Origin: an uncultured Gammaproteobacteria bacterium
GTDB lineage: Bacteria; Pseudomonadota; Gammaproteobacteria; SZUA-229
Reading direction: 5' to 3'
Assembly (NCBI GenBank): GCA_963711255.1
Contig: CAVQDO010000006.1
Span: 1,491 to 65,490, forward strand
DNA: 64,000 nucleotides
How positions within the stretch are numbered: position 1 is the first letter of the stretch; each line of letters begins with the position of its first letter. Positions 9,878 through 20,170 of the stretch are shown piece by piece. The notes beneath the pieces are model-generated. The model saw only the letters and a list, made by a program, of their open reading frames with translations. It was not told where the DNA came from and did not search any database. Made by a program: the position numbers and the translations under genes.

Positions 9878-11281
9878 ATGATATCTAGCAGCCCCAGCAC
9901 CCCGGACAGCAATACTATTTTCAGTGTCAGCTCACTCAACCAGTCGGTAGCCAGCCTGCTGGAGAAGCAATACGGCTGGATCTGGGTAGAAGGCGAAATA
10001 TCCAACCTGTCACAACCGGCTTCCGGGCATATTTATTTCAGCCTGAAAGACCATTCAGCACAGGTCAGCTGCGCCATGTTCAAGGGCCGCAACCGTTCCC
10101 TGAAGTTTCAACCGGAGAATGGCAACCAGGTTATGGTTCGCGCCAAAGTCAGCCTGTATCAGCCACGCGGTAATTACCAGCTTATTGTTGACCGTATGGA
10201 AGAAGCCGGCGACGGTGCCCTGCGCCGGCAGTTTGAACAGTTAAAAATCAAACTGGCTGCCGAAGGCCTGTTTGAAGAGTCCGCAAAACAGGAAATTCCC
10301 GAACTGCCCGAATGCATCAGCATCATTACTTCAAAATCGGGCGCTGCAATACATGACGTATTAAGCGTCATCGAACGTCGCTTCCCTTCGATTCCTGTTA
10401 AATTATTTCCGGTTCCGGTTCAGGGCATTGAAGCAGCGCCGGCAATCTGCAATGCTATCAAGCTGATCGGCGAAAGTGTTACAGCTGGCGATTTAAACTG
10501 TGACGTCATTTTACTGGTACGCGGCGGCGGTTCCCTTGAAGATCTCTGGTCATTTAACGAGGAAAGTGTCGCAAGGGCTATATATGACAGCCCTGTCCCC
10601 ATCGTCTGCGGGGTTGGTCATGAAGTCGACGTCACCATCGCCGACTATGTTGCTGATGTGCGCGCCGCCACCCCTACCGCAGCCGCAGAAACGGTTACTC
10701 CTGACCAGTCAAGCTGGCTGCAGTCTTTCGACTGGTATCAGCAGCGTACTCAGCAACTGATCACTAATAAGGTTGAACGCTTTCAGGAAAAGATTGAATG
10801 GCTGCATCGCCGCCTGCAGCAGCAACATCCGGAAAACCAGGTTGCCAGGGCCCGGCAACAAACCCTTGAGCTGGCAAAACGTTTACACCGCCACAGTCAG
10901 ACACTGCTGGATAGCCGTCGCAGCCAGCTGCTTACGGGCCAGGCTAAATTATTTGCCAACAACCCGATACAACTGTTAAAACAGAAAAAGCAGTCCGCAC
11001 TATTTTTAACAGCAAGACTGCAGCAATCCAGCATAAACCATTTAACCCTTAAAAAATCACAATTCAGCAATGTCGCCAGAACATTAAATGCCATTAGCCC
11101 GTTACAGACACTGGAACGCGGCTACTCGATTACGCTCGATAAAAATGACAATGCCATCGTTAATGCCAGCCAGGTTAAAGTCGGGGATCGAATCGAAACC
11201 CGGTTGCATAACGGGCACATAATCAGCCGTGTGGAACCCTCGGCAGATGGCAGCCAACAGGAAACAACCAGGGAAAAATAA
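9878..11281 (+). CDS. xseA: exodeoxyribonuclease VII large subunit
   Basis: N-terminal OB-fold region (LNQSVASLLE...VWVEGEISN) and central catalytic region, 467 aa; adjacent to guaB as in E. coli. Confidence 0.9.
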   Translation: MISSSPSTPDSNTIFSVSSLNQSVASLLEKQYGWIWVEGEISNLSQPASGHIYFSLKDHSAQVSCAMFKGRNRSLKFQPENGNQVMVRAKVSLYQPRGNYQLIVDRMEEAGDGALRRQFEQLKIKLAAEGLFEESAKQEIPELPECISIITSKSGAAIHDVLSVIERRFPSIPVKLFPVPVQGIEAAPAICNAIKLIGESVTAGDLNCDVILLVRGGGSLEDLWSFNEESVARAIYDSPVPIVCGVGHEVDVTIADYVADVRAATPTAAAETVTPDQSSWLQSFDWYQQRTQQLITNKVERFQEKIEWLHRRLQQQHPENQVARARQQTLELAKRLHRHSQTLLDSRRSQLLTGQAKLFANNPIQLLKQKKQSALFLTARLQQSSINHLTLKKSQFSNVARTLNAISPLQTLERGYSITLDKNDNAIVNASQVKVGDRIETRLHNGHIISRVEPSADGSQQETTREK

Positions 11282-11505
11282 TATCACTAACCTGACTAGT
11301 CAGGCTTAGAACAAGTTGCCGGGATTTCTATAATTAATTGACCCCAAATCATGGTATACCAGTGAGAATGGTTTATCCTATAGAGTCTAAATGATATTTG
11401 CATTGGGCGGTCAAATCATGGTAAAAAGTCGCTCGCTATAAACAACCGAAACCACTAGATACACTATCTTATTGATTTCATTGAAGTTAAATAATCGGAG
11501 TTAAG

Positions 11506-11940
11506 ATGCCTAATACCGCGTCAAACATAAATCAAAGCTTTAAGCCTTATAAACAGAAAAAAGGCGAAGAATACATGAGTGAAGATCAGATCAAACACTT
11601 CAACGAAATTCTTAATGCATGGAAAATGGAATTAATGTCGGAAGTGGATCGCACTGTTGATCATATGAAAGACGAAGCAGCAAACTTCCCGGATCCTGCT
11701 GACCGCGCGACCCAGGAAGAAGAGTTCAGCCTTGAATTGCGCACCCGTGACCGCGAACGCAAACTGATCAAAAAAATAGAAGATACTATGGCCCTGATTA
11801 GCTCAGGTGAATACGGTTACTGCGAAACCTGCGGTGTTGAAATCGGCTTACGCCGTATGGAAGCACGACCTACAGCAACGCAATGTATCGACTGCAAGAG
11901 CCTGGATGAGATTAAAGAAAAGCAGACTCGCGGCAAGTAA
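11506..11940 (+). CDS. dksA: RNA polymerase-binding transcription factor DksA
   Basis: Near-identity to the E. coli DksA core (GEEYM...DPADRATQEEEFSLELRTRDRERKLIKKIE...C4 zinc finger CETCGVEIGLRRMEARPTATQCIDCK). Confidence 0.95.
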   Translation: MPNTASNINQSFKPYKQKKGEEYMSEDQIKHFNEILNAWKMELMSEVDRTVDHMKDEAANFPDPADRATQEEEFSLELRTRDRERKLIKKIEDTMALISSGEYGYCETCGVEIGLRRMEARPTATQCIDCKSLDEIKEKQTRGK

Positions 11941-11962
11941 TTACACCTTACAATTAGTATGA

Positions 11963-11996
11963 AAAAAGAGCCGATTAATTTCGGCTCTTTTTGTTT
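11963..11996 (+). terminator. rho-independent terminator of dksA
   Basis: aaagagccga-ttaatt-tcggctcttt followed by ttgttt. Confidence 0.8.
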
Positions 11997-12030
11997 CTGG
12001 GTATAAAAAGATAAAAGCATAAACTTTGAA

Positions 12031-12195
12031 CCACAGAGGCACAGAGGCAAAGAGATTGTTAGTTTCTGTCATTGCGAGCGGAGCGCGGCAATCTCTGGCA
12101 GGCAACACTGCTGCTCCTGGGGATTGCCGCGCTTCGCTCGCAATGACGAAATAGTAAACTTTATTCTCTGCGCCTTCGCGTCTTTGCTTCTCTTC
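12031..12195. repeat. nested-palindrome MITE/REP-like element, copy 2 (about 90% identical core to copy 1; degenerate termini)
   Basis: Inner arms gtcattgcgagcggagcgcggcaatctc (12068-) and gggattgccgcgcttcgctcgcaatgac; same loop tggcaggcNacactgctgct. Confidence 0.8.
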
Positions 12196-12366
12196 GTTAA
12201 AAATAAGCTTTTATAGGAATTTGAGCTTTACCACAAACAAAGAACGTATATTATTCGGGGAATCAATCATGCGCTGTAAACGCTTGAATATGGACCGCTT
12301 AAATACGGACATTTATCTGGTCACTTAATTACAGGCATCTCTGCCCGGTTATCTCAGCTGCAATAT

Positions 12367-12436
12367 TTAGGGGACGTTCGTCAAATAGTCAATTAATTAT
12401 CTGATTCGCTAATTTGATTAATCGACGAACGTCCCC
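12367..12436. promoter_or_regulatory. perfect 17-bp inverted repeat (tttaggggacgttcgtc / gacgaacgtcccctaaa) with ~35-nt AT-rich spacer, followed by a T-run
   Basis: Seen in the sequence immediately downstream of the 538-aa lipoprotein gene; candidate terminator or protein-binding palindrome. Confidence 0.5.
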
Positions 12437-12460
12437 TAAATTTCCCTATTTTTTTAATGG

Positions 12461-14077
12461 TTAATCAACCAGGTGCAACCACTTGTAAAACACACCGCTT
12501 TCACCACCGCCTGTATCACCTTTCACCATTAATGCACCGCCATGTGCTGGATTCGTTGGTGGAATACCATAATGCATATCCCAGCTGCCCGATTCCTTAC
12601 GCCATGCCACGTTGTTTTTACCTGTCACTTTCTGCGGCCAGAAATATTCAATGCCTTCAGCGTTACCAACCAGGGTACGTGTTACCGATTCACCAGTGCC
12701 CGGATGAGTGAATGTTACTTTCAGTTTATCAATGTAACCTTCACTTTTAGCGCCAAGATAATTAATACAGTTGGAAAATGAGCCGGAAACGTCCTGCATA
12801 AAAGCCCGTACCGAGAGTTTCATATGGTAAGGAAGGCTGACACTGCCTGTCTTTCTAAGCCAGCTTGTATCACGAGTACTTGATACAGAAATCGTGCCAC
12901 CATCAGCGCGGTTTTCACCAGAATCCAGGCCATTGAATGAAAGCTGTATGTTGTACTTGCAATCATCCTGATCCGCAATATTCATGCGATACACCAGTTC
13001 ATAGCTCGCTTCAATATTAGCTACAGTATCTTTACAGTCAGCAGCTCTTGGGCCTGAATATCCAATGTAATGCTTATCACCAACCGCTGCACCTGCCATC
13101 ATCTGGAACGCCTTATCCGTACATTCCACGTCGCCCCAGAAATAAGGCACAAAGCGAACCCCATTCTGTTTTTTACATTCAGCCGTTGTCAGCATTGCAG
13201 CTTTATTACCCGTGGCACAATAAGGGTTGGCTTCCTTAACGTAATCCCCGCCATAGTTATCATGATGATCTATACGAGATGGCTTGATGGTCATGCCGCC
13301 ACCTTCCTGATTGATATAACCCGGAAAGCCCCATATTTCAGGAACCTGGTAACCCGTACTGCCGCCAGTGAAATATTTAACCTCATCATTCTGCCAGGTG
13401 ATACCAACCAGGTTATCACTCAGCTTATGGATATAGCCAGGTACGCCACGAACGCTGACCGGTGTACGGCCAGCCTGCGCAAAAGCGTAAAATTCCACTT
13501 CGCTGTGTTCCGGATAAGTCGAAACACGCGCAACCGGCTCGGAACCCTTACTGTGTCCAAACACCCGAACATCCGGGTTATTAAAGCGAACCTTTAGGGT
13601 ATACAGTAAATCATCAAGCGCGTTACTGGCGTCATAAACGCCCATATCGTAATTTATGGCATCTTCCAGTGTCGACTCATCGCTATACTGTAGCGAAAGG
13701 TAAGCACGGCCCGGCAGCGGCGAAACAATGGTAGTAAACTGCTTGTAGTCACCATCTTCCGCATTAGTGCCCGGCACGAAAACATCGAAAGCACCCAGAC
13801 AGGAAGGTGCTTCGGCGAATTCGGCTCTAATACGTTCTTCGACACAACTGGCTATCTCCTCGCGTTCAGATGTCATGGTACAGGCAACACCAGAACTTGA
13901 GTTCTGGCTAAGATCGACAATATAAACATCGTCAGGAGTAAAGATCCGGTTGCAGCCATTGCTGGTTGAAGCATCATCTAATGCCGCATCAGAATCAGAT
14001 CCCGATCCTGATTCAGCACAGGCAGTCAGGAAGCTGCTGAACAAAAGTACATAATATAAACGGTTTAGTTTTTTCAT
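12461..14077 (-). CDS. large secreted lipoprotein with lipase-like GHSxG motif (putative alpha/beta-hydrolase/lipase-like) and Gly/aromatic-rich C-terminal domain
   Basis: Signal peptide plus lipobox (FLTAC), FGHSKGS nucleophile-elbow-like motif, 538 aa, no recognisable core-gene identity. Confidence 0.5.
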   Translation of the reverse strand: MKKLNRLYYVLLFSSFLTACAESGSGSDSDAALDDASTSNGCNRIFTPDDVYIVDLSQNSSSGVACTMTSEREEIASCVEERIRAEFAEAPSCLGAFDVFVPGTNAEDGDYKQFTTIVSPLPGRAYLSLQYSDESTLEDAINYDMGVYDASNALDDLLYTLKVRFNNPDVRVFGHSKGSEPVARVSTYPEHSEVEFYAFAQAGRTPVSVRGVPGYIHKLSDNLVGITWQNDEVKYFTGGSTGYQVPEIWGFPGYINQEGGGMTIKPSRIDHHDNYGGDYVKEANPYCATGNKAAMLTTAECKKQNGVRFVPYFWGDVECTDKAFQMMAGAAVGDKHYIGYSGPRAADCKDTVANIEASYELVYRMNIADQDDCKYNIQLSFNGLDSGENRADGGTISVSSTRDTSWLRKTGSVSLPYHMKLSVRAFMQDVSGSFSNCINYLGAKSEGYIDKLKVTFTHPGTGESVTRTLVGNAEGIEYFWPQKVTGKNNVAWRKESGSWDMHYGIPPTNPAHGGALMVKGDTGGGESGVFYKWLHLVD

Positions 14078-14296
14078 GATCGTCTCCAGTAAAGTAGTTA
14101 TTGCAAACGCTGTTTGCTATGGGGAGACTATAGGTAGTGCATGTTGCAGGCGGTATGGGGAGAATACCCCATACCTGCTTACATCAGCTTAAAACTGTGA
14201 AGTGGTTTGCATTTTTTGATGGCAAGCAGCTGAAAATAATGAAATCAAAATGGGGTCAGACTCGATTGATTTTATAACTGGTGAGCACGGACAAAT

Positions 14297-16327
14297 TTAA
14301 ACGATAAGAAGCTCACAACAAACACCCTGACCCTGCACTGAACGGATATTCAGACGCATACCATACTGCTCAGCAAGCTGTTTACAGATAGCAAGCCCAA
14401 GCCCTTCACCACTGGACTCCGGCCCTTTTTCATAAGCCTGCATAATGGTTTCCATCTTCTCGGGGCTGATGCCGGCTCCATTGTCGGCCACAATAATTGC
14501 AACACCCTTTGATTTCCGGCGCACGCCGAGTACAATTTTTCCTTTACCGGCATGTTTAATTGCATTGGCAACCAGGTTTGATACGATACGCATAACAATG
14601 GTTGCTTCTGGTGAAATCATGACTGATGATAGCTGTACTTTCAGCTCGATATTATTGGCACAGGCATCAGATTCGAACATTCGGTGAACCGTTTCCAACA
14701 CTAGTTTCACTGGATAAGGTTCTGCACTGTGATGCTCGTTATAGCTTGCCGGTTCATTTTGCACCGTTAAATCATCCTCAACTAAATCCGTATTTGCATC
14801 CGGACGTGTTTCTCGCAGATAGGTATTACACAGGTTCTCCAGGTAAGAAAATGCATTCGCCAGTTGCTGTTTTAACTGCGGCGCCTGGTCCTGTGTAATT
14901 GCGTCGATGGTTGAACGCAATGACACCAGTGGCTGACGCATGTCATGCGAGGCTTCTGCCAGCTGCTGCTGGCGCAGTGATGCCAGTGCTTTTACCTTGT
15001 TATAACGTTGTTCGGATTCATACAGTTCGCGGTTAATTTCCGCTTCCCGGTTTGCTGCGGTTATCGCCTGCTGCAAAGACTCTTCATAATCTTTTCGCAA
15101 ACCGCTGACATGCGAGATGATGGTTGCCATGGTTGCCAGCCCGGCAAGAATAAAAATAATACGGCTTGAATGCACATAAACATAAGCCGGGAAGATACTG
15201 ACATTCAATGACAGCATAACAAGCACTACTACCGCTACGGCAATCAGTACCGCAGAAACGATGGCAATGACATTACGCTTCATCAGGCGGTCTGCCCTCA
15301 CCCTCGCCCAGCCGACTATCGCGTAGGCATGGGCAACAAACATCAGTGCAACAAACAGGCTGGTCATATCAACCATGAAAACAAACGGCAGGTAAAAAGT
15401 CAGCAGCGACATGGCAAGCGCTAGCACTGACAGTCCCAGGAAGATTTTTAATACGGTTGCTGATAAAACCTGCCTGCGTTGTGACGGCTCTACCGCTTTA
15501 TAAGCAACATAAAAACCAGACGAACTGAACAGGTAGGCAATGACCACCGCTGAATAATGATTCCAGCGTGGCAGCTCTGGCCAGAGATACATAAAGGCAT
15601 AACCTTCCATCGCCGACAGCATCAGCAGGGCAATGGAAAACAGTGCCGCGTATAATATCGAGGTTTTATCCTGCATGGCAATACCAAACAACAGGAACAA
15701 AAGAATCGCCGCAAAACTGAAACCGTAGAACAGCGCGGCACTGACGGTATCATCTTTAACGATTTCCATCAGCTCAATCTCATCGACCACATCCAGCGGT
15801 AAATAACTGCTGCCCATGGCATGGTACTGCACCAGGATATCGACACTGCGTTCAGCTGGCAGCTTAAAGGCAGACGATATCTGCCAGCGATGCGGATAGG
15901 CGCGATCTTCGAATACGTTATCGACGCCTTCTTTCAGTACATGGCTGACCTGCTGCTGGTCAACAAGGTAAGCGTTTAACAACTGGCGGTAAGGCAATGC
16001 GGCCAGTAGCCGGTAGGGTTGTTGCGAATTAACTTGCGTGCCGACATGCAGGCGAATATGAAACCAGAAATACTGATCAACGTTACCAACATTAAATGGC
16101 TGCTGATAGCGATGCACGAGTTCTGACTGATTATTCTGCAAGGCATCCGCCGCCTGGAAAACCTGTAGCGCATCCAGTGGCTGCTGTATTTTTACGGTAT
16201 CTTCGAAATAACGCCATTCACCCTGCTGCAATGTATCGGCGTGGCTGCCAGCGGCAAATGCCAGCACAAAAAATAGTGCACAAATAAAGTGGCTATAACG
16301 TATGGCTGGCTGATAGAATAATTTCAT
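14297..16327 (-). CDS. sensor histidine kinase with 7TMR-DISM periplasmic sensing domain and 7 TM helices
   Basis: Signal peptide (start chosen at MKLFYQ, ATG 16327), large periplasmic domain, 7 hydrophobic helices, H-box ASHDMRQPL, HATPase G-boxes (DNGAGI, GEGLGLAICKQL). Confidence 0.8.
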   Translation of the reverse strand: MKLFYQPAIRYSHFICALFFVLAFAAGSHADTLQQGEWRYFEDTVKIQQPLDALQVFQAADALQNNQSELVHRYQQPFNVGNVDQYFWFHIRLHVGTQVNSQQPYRLLAALPYRQLLNAYLVDQQQVSHVLKEGVDNVFEDRAYPHRWQISSAFKLPAERSVDILVQYHAMGSSYLPLDVVDEIELMEIVKDDTVSAALFYGFSFAAILLFLLFGIAMQDKTSILYAALFSIALLMLSAMEGYAFMYLWPELPRWNHYSAVVIAYLFSSSGFYVAYKAVEPSQRRQVLSATVLKIFLGLSVLALAMSLLTFYLPFVFMVDMTSLFVALMFVAHAYAIVGWARVRADRLMKRNVIAIVSAVLIAVAVVVLVMLSLNVSIFPAYVYVHSSRIIFILAGLATMATIISHVSGLRKDYEESLQQAITAANREAEINRELYESEQRYNKVKALASLRQQQLAEASHDMRQPLVSLRSTIDAITQDQAPQLKQQLANAFSYLENLCNTYLRETRPDANTDLVEDDLTVQNEPASYNEHHSAEPYPVKLVLETVHRMFESDACANNIELKVQLSSVMISPEATIVMRIVSNLVANAIKHAGKGKIVLGVRRKSKGVAIIVADNGAGISPEKMETIMQAYEKGPESSGEGLGLAICKQLAEQYGMRLNIRSVQGQGVCCELLIV

Positions 16328-16395
16328 AGGGTTGATTTTTTTTCTGCGCCTATTGTATACAAATATGATGTACATAAAAATATAACGGACACGCC

Positions 16396-17079
16396 TTGGC
16401 TAACACACCGGTTAAACCCACACAGGACAACCAGTATCGCGCAGTGATCGCCGATGATCACCAGATTGTCCGTGACGGGCTAAAAAGCGCACTACAACAA
16501 CCCGGCCTGGTCGAACATAACGGTGTTGCTGTCATTGCCGAAGCTGAAAACGGTTTTGAAGCACTGGCCGAAGTTAAAAACCATAAACCTGATGTACTAA
16601 TTCTGGACATCTCCATGCCACTGGCCGGCGGAGCCGAGGTGGTTGCCGACATTAAGCGCTGGAGCCCGCAAACCCGCATCGTGATACTAACCGGCATCAA
16701 TGCACCCGGCCTGATCTGCACCTTGCTCGATGCTGGTGTCGATGGCATGTTTTCCAAGGGCGCTTCGTTAGATGAACTGTATAAACAACTTCCCCTGATT
16801 CTGCGCGGCGGCAAGCACATCGCCGAATGTTTTGTTAAAACCATGCAGCTCCAGCAGAATAACAAGACCCTGACCGACCGCGAGCTACAAACCCTGAACA
16901 TGATCATCGCCGGAAAAACCAGCCGAGAGATTGCCGATTTCATGTCGATAAGCCCAAAGACCGTGGACAAACACCGCACCAGCCTGATGAAAAAACTGGA
17001 TACGCACTCCGTTGCTGAATTGATTGCTTATGCATTACGTGAAGGCCTGATTGATCCCGAGCATAGCTTTAATACCTGA
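16396..17079 (+). CDS. LuxR/NarL-family response regulator (REC + LuxR HTH)
   Basis: REC acidic pocket (AVIADDHQIV...LILDISMP), C-terminal LuxR HTH (TDRELQTLNMIIAGKTSREIADFMSISPKTVDKHR); apparent TTG start; divergent from the HK with a 68-bp spacer containing the palindrome atgtacat. Confidence 0.8.
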   Translation: MANTPVKPTQDNQYRAVIADDHQIVRDGLKSALQQPGLVEHNGVAVIAEAENGFEALAEVKNHKPDVLILDISMPLAGGAEVVADIKRWSPQTRIVILTGINAPGLICTLLDAGVDGMFSKGASLDELYKQLPLILRGGKHIAECFVKTMQLQQNNKTLTDRELQTLNMIIAGKTSREIADFMSISPKTVDKHRTSLMKKLDTHSVAELIAYALREGLIDPEHSFNT

Positions 17080-17146
17080 GCGACTATCCCTGAGTGACAA
17101 TCATTATTACATTTAATAATATCTATTATCGATCACCCGGCTTTAT

Positions 17147-18088
17147 TTGTTATGGGGTGATTACCCTAAATTGATGATTAAAATGAACACCTGCAATAAG
17201 GATAAAAACTACATCGGCCGCTTTGCCCCCTCGCCCACCGGGCCGGTTCACTTTGGTACTTTAGTCGCTGCTGTTGGCAGTTACCTGCAGGCTAAAACAA
17301 ATAATGGCGACTGGTTAATGCGCATGGAAGATGTCGATATTACGCGCAAGGTTGATGGTGCTGATTCGGAAATCCTGCGTACGCTCGAAGCCTTTGGTTT
17401 TGAGTGGCAGGGTGAAGTGGTGTACCAGTCAAAACGAGCGGACTATTACCAGCAGGCACTCGAAGAGCTGATCGGGCAATCACTGGTTTTCCCCTGTGTC
17501 TGCTCACGCAAACAGCTGGCCGTGACTGGCAGCGGAATTTACCCCGGCAATTGCAGAAGCCATAAACTGCCGGAGAGAAATGAGCATGCATTGCGCCTGC
17601 TGGCCAAGGATGAAACGATTACTTTCGATGATGCTGTCATGGGCAGACAAACACAAAATATTAAACAGCAATGCGGTGATTTCATTATCAAACGCCGTGA
17701 CGGTTTATTTGCCTACCAGCTCGCCGTGGTTGTCGATGACGCCATGCAGGGCATTAACGAAATTGTTCGCGGCGCTGACCTGCTCGATTCAACCGCAAGG
17801 CAGATTTATCTGCAGCAAATACTGAATTACCCGACTCCGAACTATTGTCACCTGCCGCTGGCAGTCGATCATTCCGGCAATAAAATCAGCAAATCCGAAG
17901 CTGCGGCAAAAGTTGATACTGGTAATATGAAACAACAGCTTATCAAGGCGCTGGACTTTCTCGGCCAGCAGCCACCAGCCGAACTACAGGCTGCAACACT
18001 TGAAAATATATGGCACTGGTCAATCAATCACTGGCAGCTCAACGCCGTACCTAAAAAAAATCAGCTGTCACCTTCACTTCAAGCCTGA
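17147..18088 (+). CDS. gluQ: glutamyl-Q tRNA(Asp) synthetase
   Basis: Class I aaRS HIGH-like GRFAPSPTGPVHFGTL, no anticodon-binding domain, ~300 aa; the start may be the downstream MNTC... (17183). Confidence 0.8.
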   Translation: MLWGDYPKLMIKMNTCNKDKNYIGRFAPSPTGPVHFGTLVAAVGSYLQAKTNNGDWLMRMEDVDITRKVDGADSEILRTLEAFGFEWQGEVVYQSKRADYYQQALEELIGQSLVFPCVCSRKQLAVTGSGIYPGNCRSHKLPERNEHALRLLAKDETITFDDAVMGRQTQNIKQQCGDFIIKRRDGLFAYQLAVVVDDAMQGINEIVRGADLLDSTARQIYLQQILNYPTPNYCHLPLAVDHSGNKISKSEAAAKVDTGNMKQQLIKALDFLGQQPPAELQAATLENIWHWSINHWQLNAVPKKNQLSPSLQA

Positions 18089-18169
18089 AAAAGCTGTCGA
18101 AGTTTTACCTCACTCGGTGTATGCTCTTAATCCAAGAATAATAGCCCAATAAATTAAGAGGAAATCACT

Positions 18170-20135
18170 GTGTCAGGAATCGAAATTAGCTCAGGTCTTA
18201 GCGAAAACCGACTGTTTAAACCCAGCGCTGAATTTACCAAAAAGGCGCGAATCAAGGCTGACGACCTGGCAGCCCTGCACAAGCATGCTGCAGACGATTA
18301 CGAAGGCTTCTGGGCGGAACAGGCCCGTACTCTGCTAGACTGGAAAACTCCCTTTACACAAACTCTGGATGCCAGCCAGGCACCACATTACAAGTGGTTT
18401 AGCGATGGCACGATGAATGTCAGCTACAACTGCATTGACCGGCACCTGGAAAAAAACGCCGATAAAACGGCGATTATCTTTGAAGGTGAAGTCTGGCGAT
18501 ACCCGGCACATCACATACCAGCAACTGCACGACGATGTATGCCAGTTTGCCAACGCATTAAAAGACCAGGGTGTAAATAAGGGTGACCGTGTCATTATCT
18601 ATATGCCAATGGTTGCCGAAGCCGTCATTGCCATGCAGGCCTGCGCGCGTATCGGGGCAATACATTCCGTGGTTTTTGGCGGTTTTTCCGCTGATTCCCT
18701 GCGCGACAGAATTGATGATGCACGGGCAGTAATGCTGATTACCGCAGATGGCGGCACCCGCGGCGGTAAAACGGTGGCACTTAAAGGAGCCGCTGATAAA
18801 GCTTTAAGTGAAGGCTGTGCCAGCATTAAATCAGTCATCGTATTAAAACGCAGTGGTCACGATGTAGAAATGAAAGATGGCCGCGATATCTGGTGGTCAG
18901 ATGCCATCACTGGCCAGGAAAAAACCTGTGAGCCGGAATGGGTCGATGCTGAGCATCCGCTGTTTCTGCTTTACACTTCAGGCTCTACCGGCAAACCCAA
19001 AGGTATTCAGCATTCCAGCGCCGGCTACCTGCTAAACGCGGTGGCCACTAACCTGTGGGTTTTTGATTTACAGGATGATGATGTTTTCTGGTGTACCGCC
19101 GATGTTGGCTGGATTACCGGCCACACCTACGTGGCATATGGCCCGCTGGCTGCGGGTGCGACCATCGTTATGTTTGAAGGCGCACCGGTCATCCCGGATG
19201 CAGGCCGCTTCTGGAAAATGTGCGAACAGCATAAAGTAACCGTGTTTTACACCGCACCGACCGCGATACGCGCATTAATGAAATTTGGTGATGACTACCC
19301 CAACAAATACGATCTGTCTTCACTGCGTCTGCTAGGTACTGTCGGTGAACCAATTAACCCCGAAGCCTGGATGTGGTATCACACGGTCATCGGCAAAGAA
19401 CGCTGCCCGATCGTTGATACCTGGTGGCAGACTGAAACCGGTGCCAATGTGCTGACTCCTGTTCCCGGTGTAACCGCAACCAAACCCGGTTCCTGTACAT
19501 TACCTCTGCCGGGCATGGATGTGGATATCGTCAATGAAGAAGGCGAATCCATAACCAAAGCAAACACTGGCGGCTACCTTGTCATTAAAAAGCCCTGGCC
19601 ATCGATGGTGAGGACGGTCTGGGGTGATGACCAGCGTTACGTCGATACCTATTTCCCTAAATTTGGCGGCAAATATTACCTCGCCGGTGACAGCGCACGC
19701 CGTGACGCAGATGGTTATTTCTGGATTATGGGCCGCATCGACGATGTATTAAACGTTTCCGGTCATCGTCTCGGCACCATGGAAATTGAGTCAGCCTTAG
19801 CGGCACACGAAGCCGTTGTTGAAGCAGCTGTAGTCGGTCGTCCGCACGAGGTTAAAGGCGAAGCAATTGTTGCCTTTGTTATCTGCAAAAATGAACGCCC
19901 GGTTGGCGAAGAAGCAAAGAAAATGGTTGCCGAACTGCGCAACTGGGTGGGTGAACAAATCGGTGCTATTGCCAAACCGGATGACATACGCTTTGCAGAT
20001 GGCCTGCCGAAAACCCGGTCAGGAAAAATCATGCGCCGCCTGTTAAGAACAATCGCCGCTGGTGAGGAAATAACATCCGATATTTCAACACTGGAAAATG
20101 AAGCCGTGGTTGCTCAGTTACAGGGTGAGGCTTAG
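18170..20135 (+). pseudogene. acs: acetyl-CoA synthetase (acs) interrupted by an apparent single-nucleotide frameshift near 18488-18494 (possibly a sequencing indel rather than a true pseudogene)
   Basis: N-terminal 105 aa in one frame (…KTAIIFEGE), remaining ~545 aa (…[12 protein letters not shown]…[11 protein letters not shown]…[11 protein letters not shown]) in the -1 frame; the junction is a short run gaag, consistent with loss of one A from gaaaag. Confidence 0.85.
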
Positions 20136-20170
20136 GCGCTTAACATGAAGCGATTCCCTGGAAACTGTTT

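Noticed and set aside
12457-12781. Plus-strand ORFs 12457-12711 and 12542-12781
   Set aside because: They overlap the 3' end of the well-supported minus-strand 538-aa lipoprotein gene and have no motif or family support. Likely spurious.
14297-16375. Longer histidine kinase start at 16375 (MYIIFVYNRRRKK…)
   Set aside because: The downstream Met (16327) begins a canonical signal peptide (MKLFYQPAIRYSHFICALFFVLAFAAGSHA). The 16-aa extension is probably not translated.
18170-20135. Treating 18170-18580 and 18417-20135 as two separate genes
   Set aside because: Both parts align contiguously to acetyl-CoA synthetase across a single-base frame change, so this is one interrupted gene.
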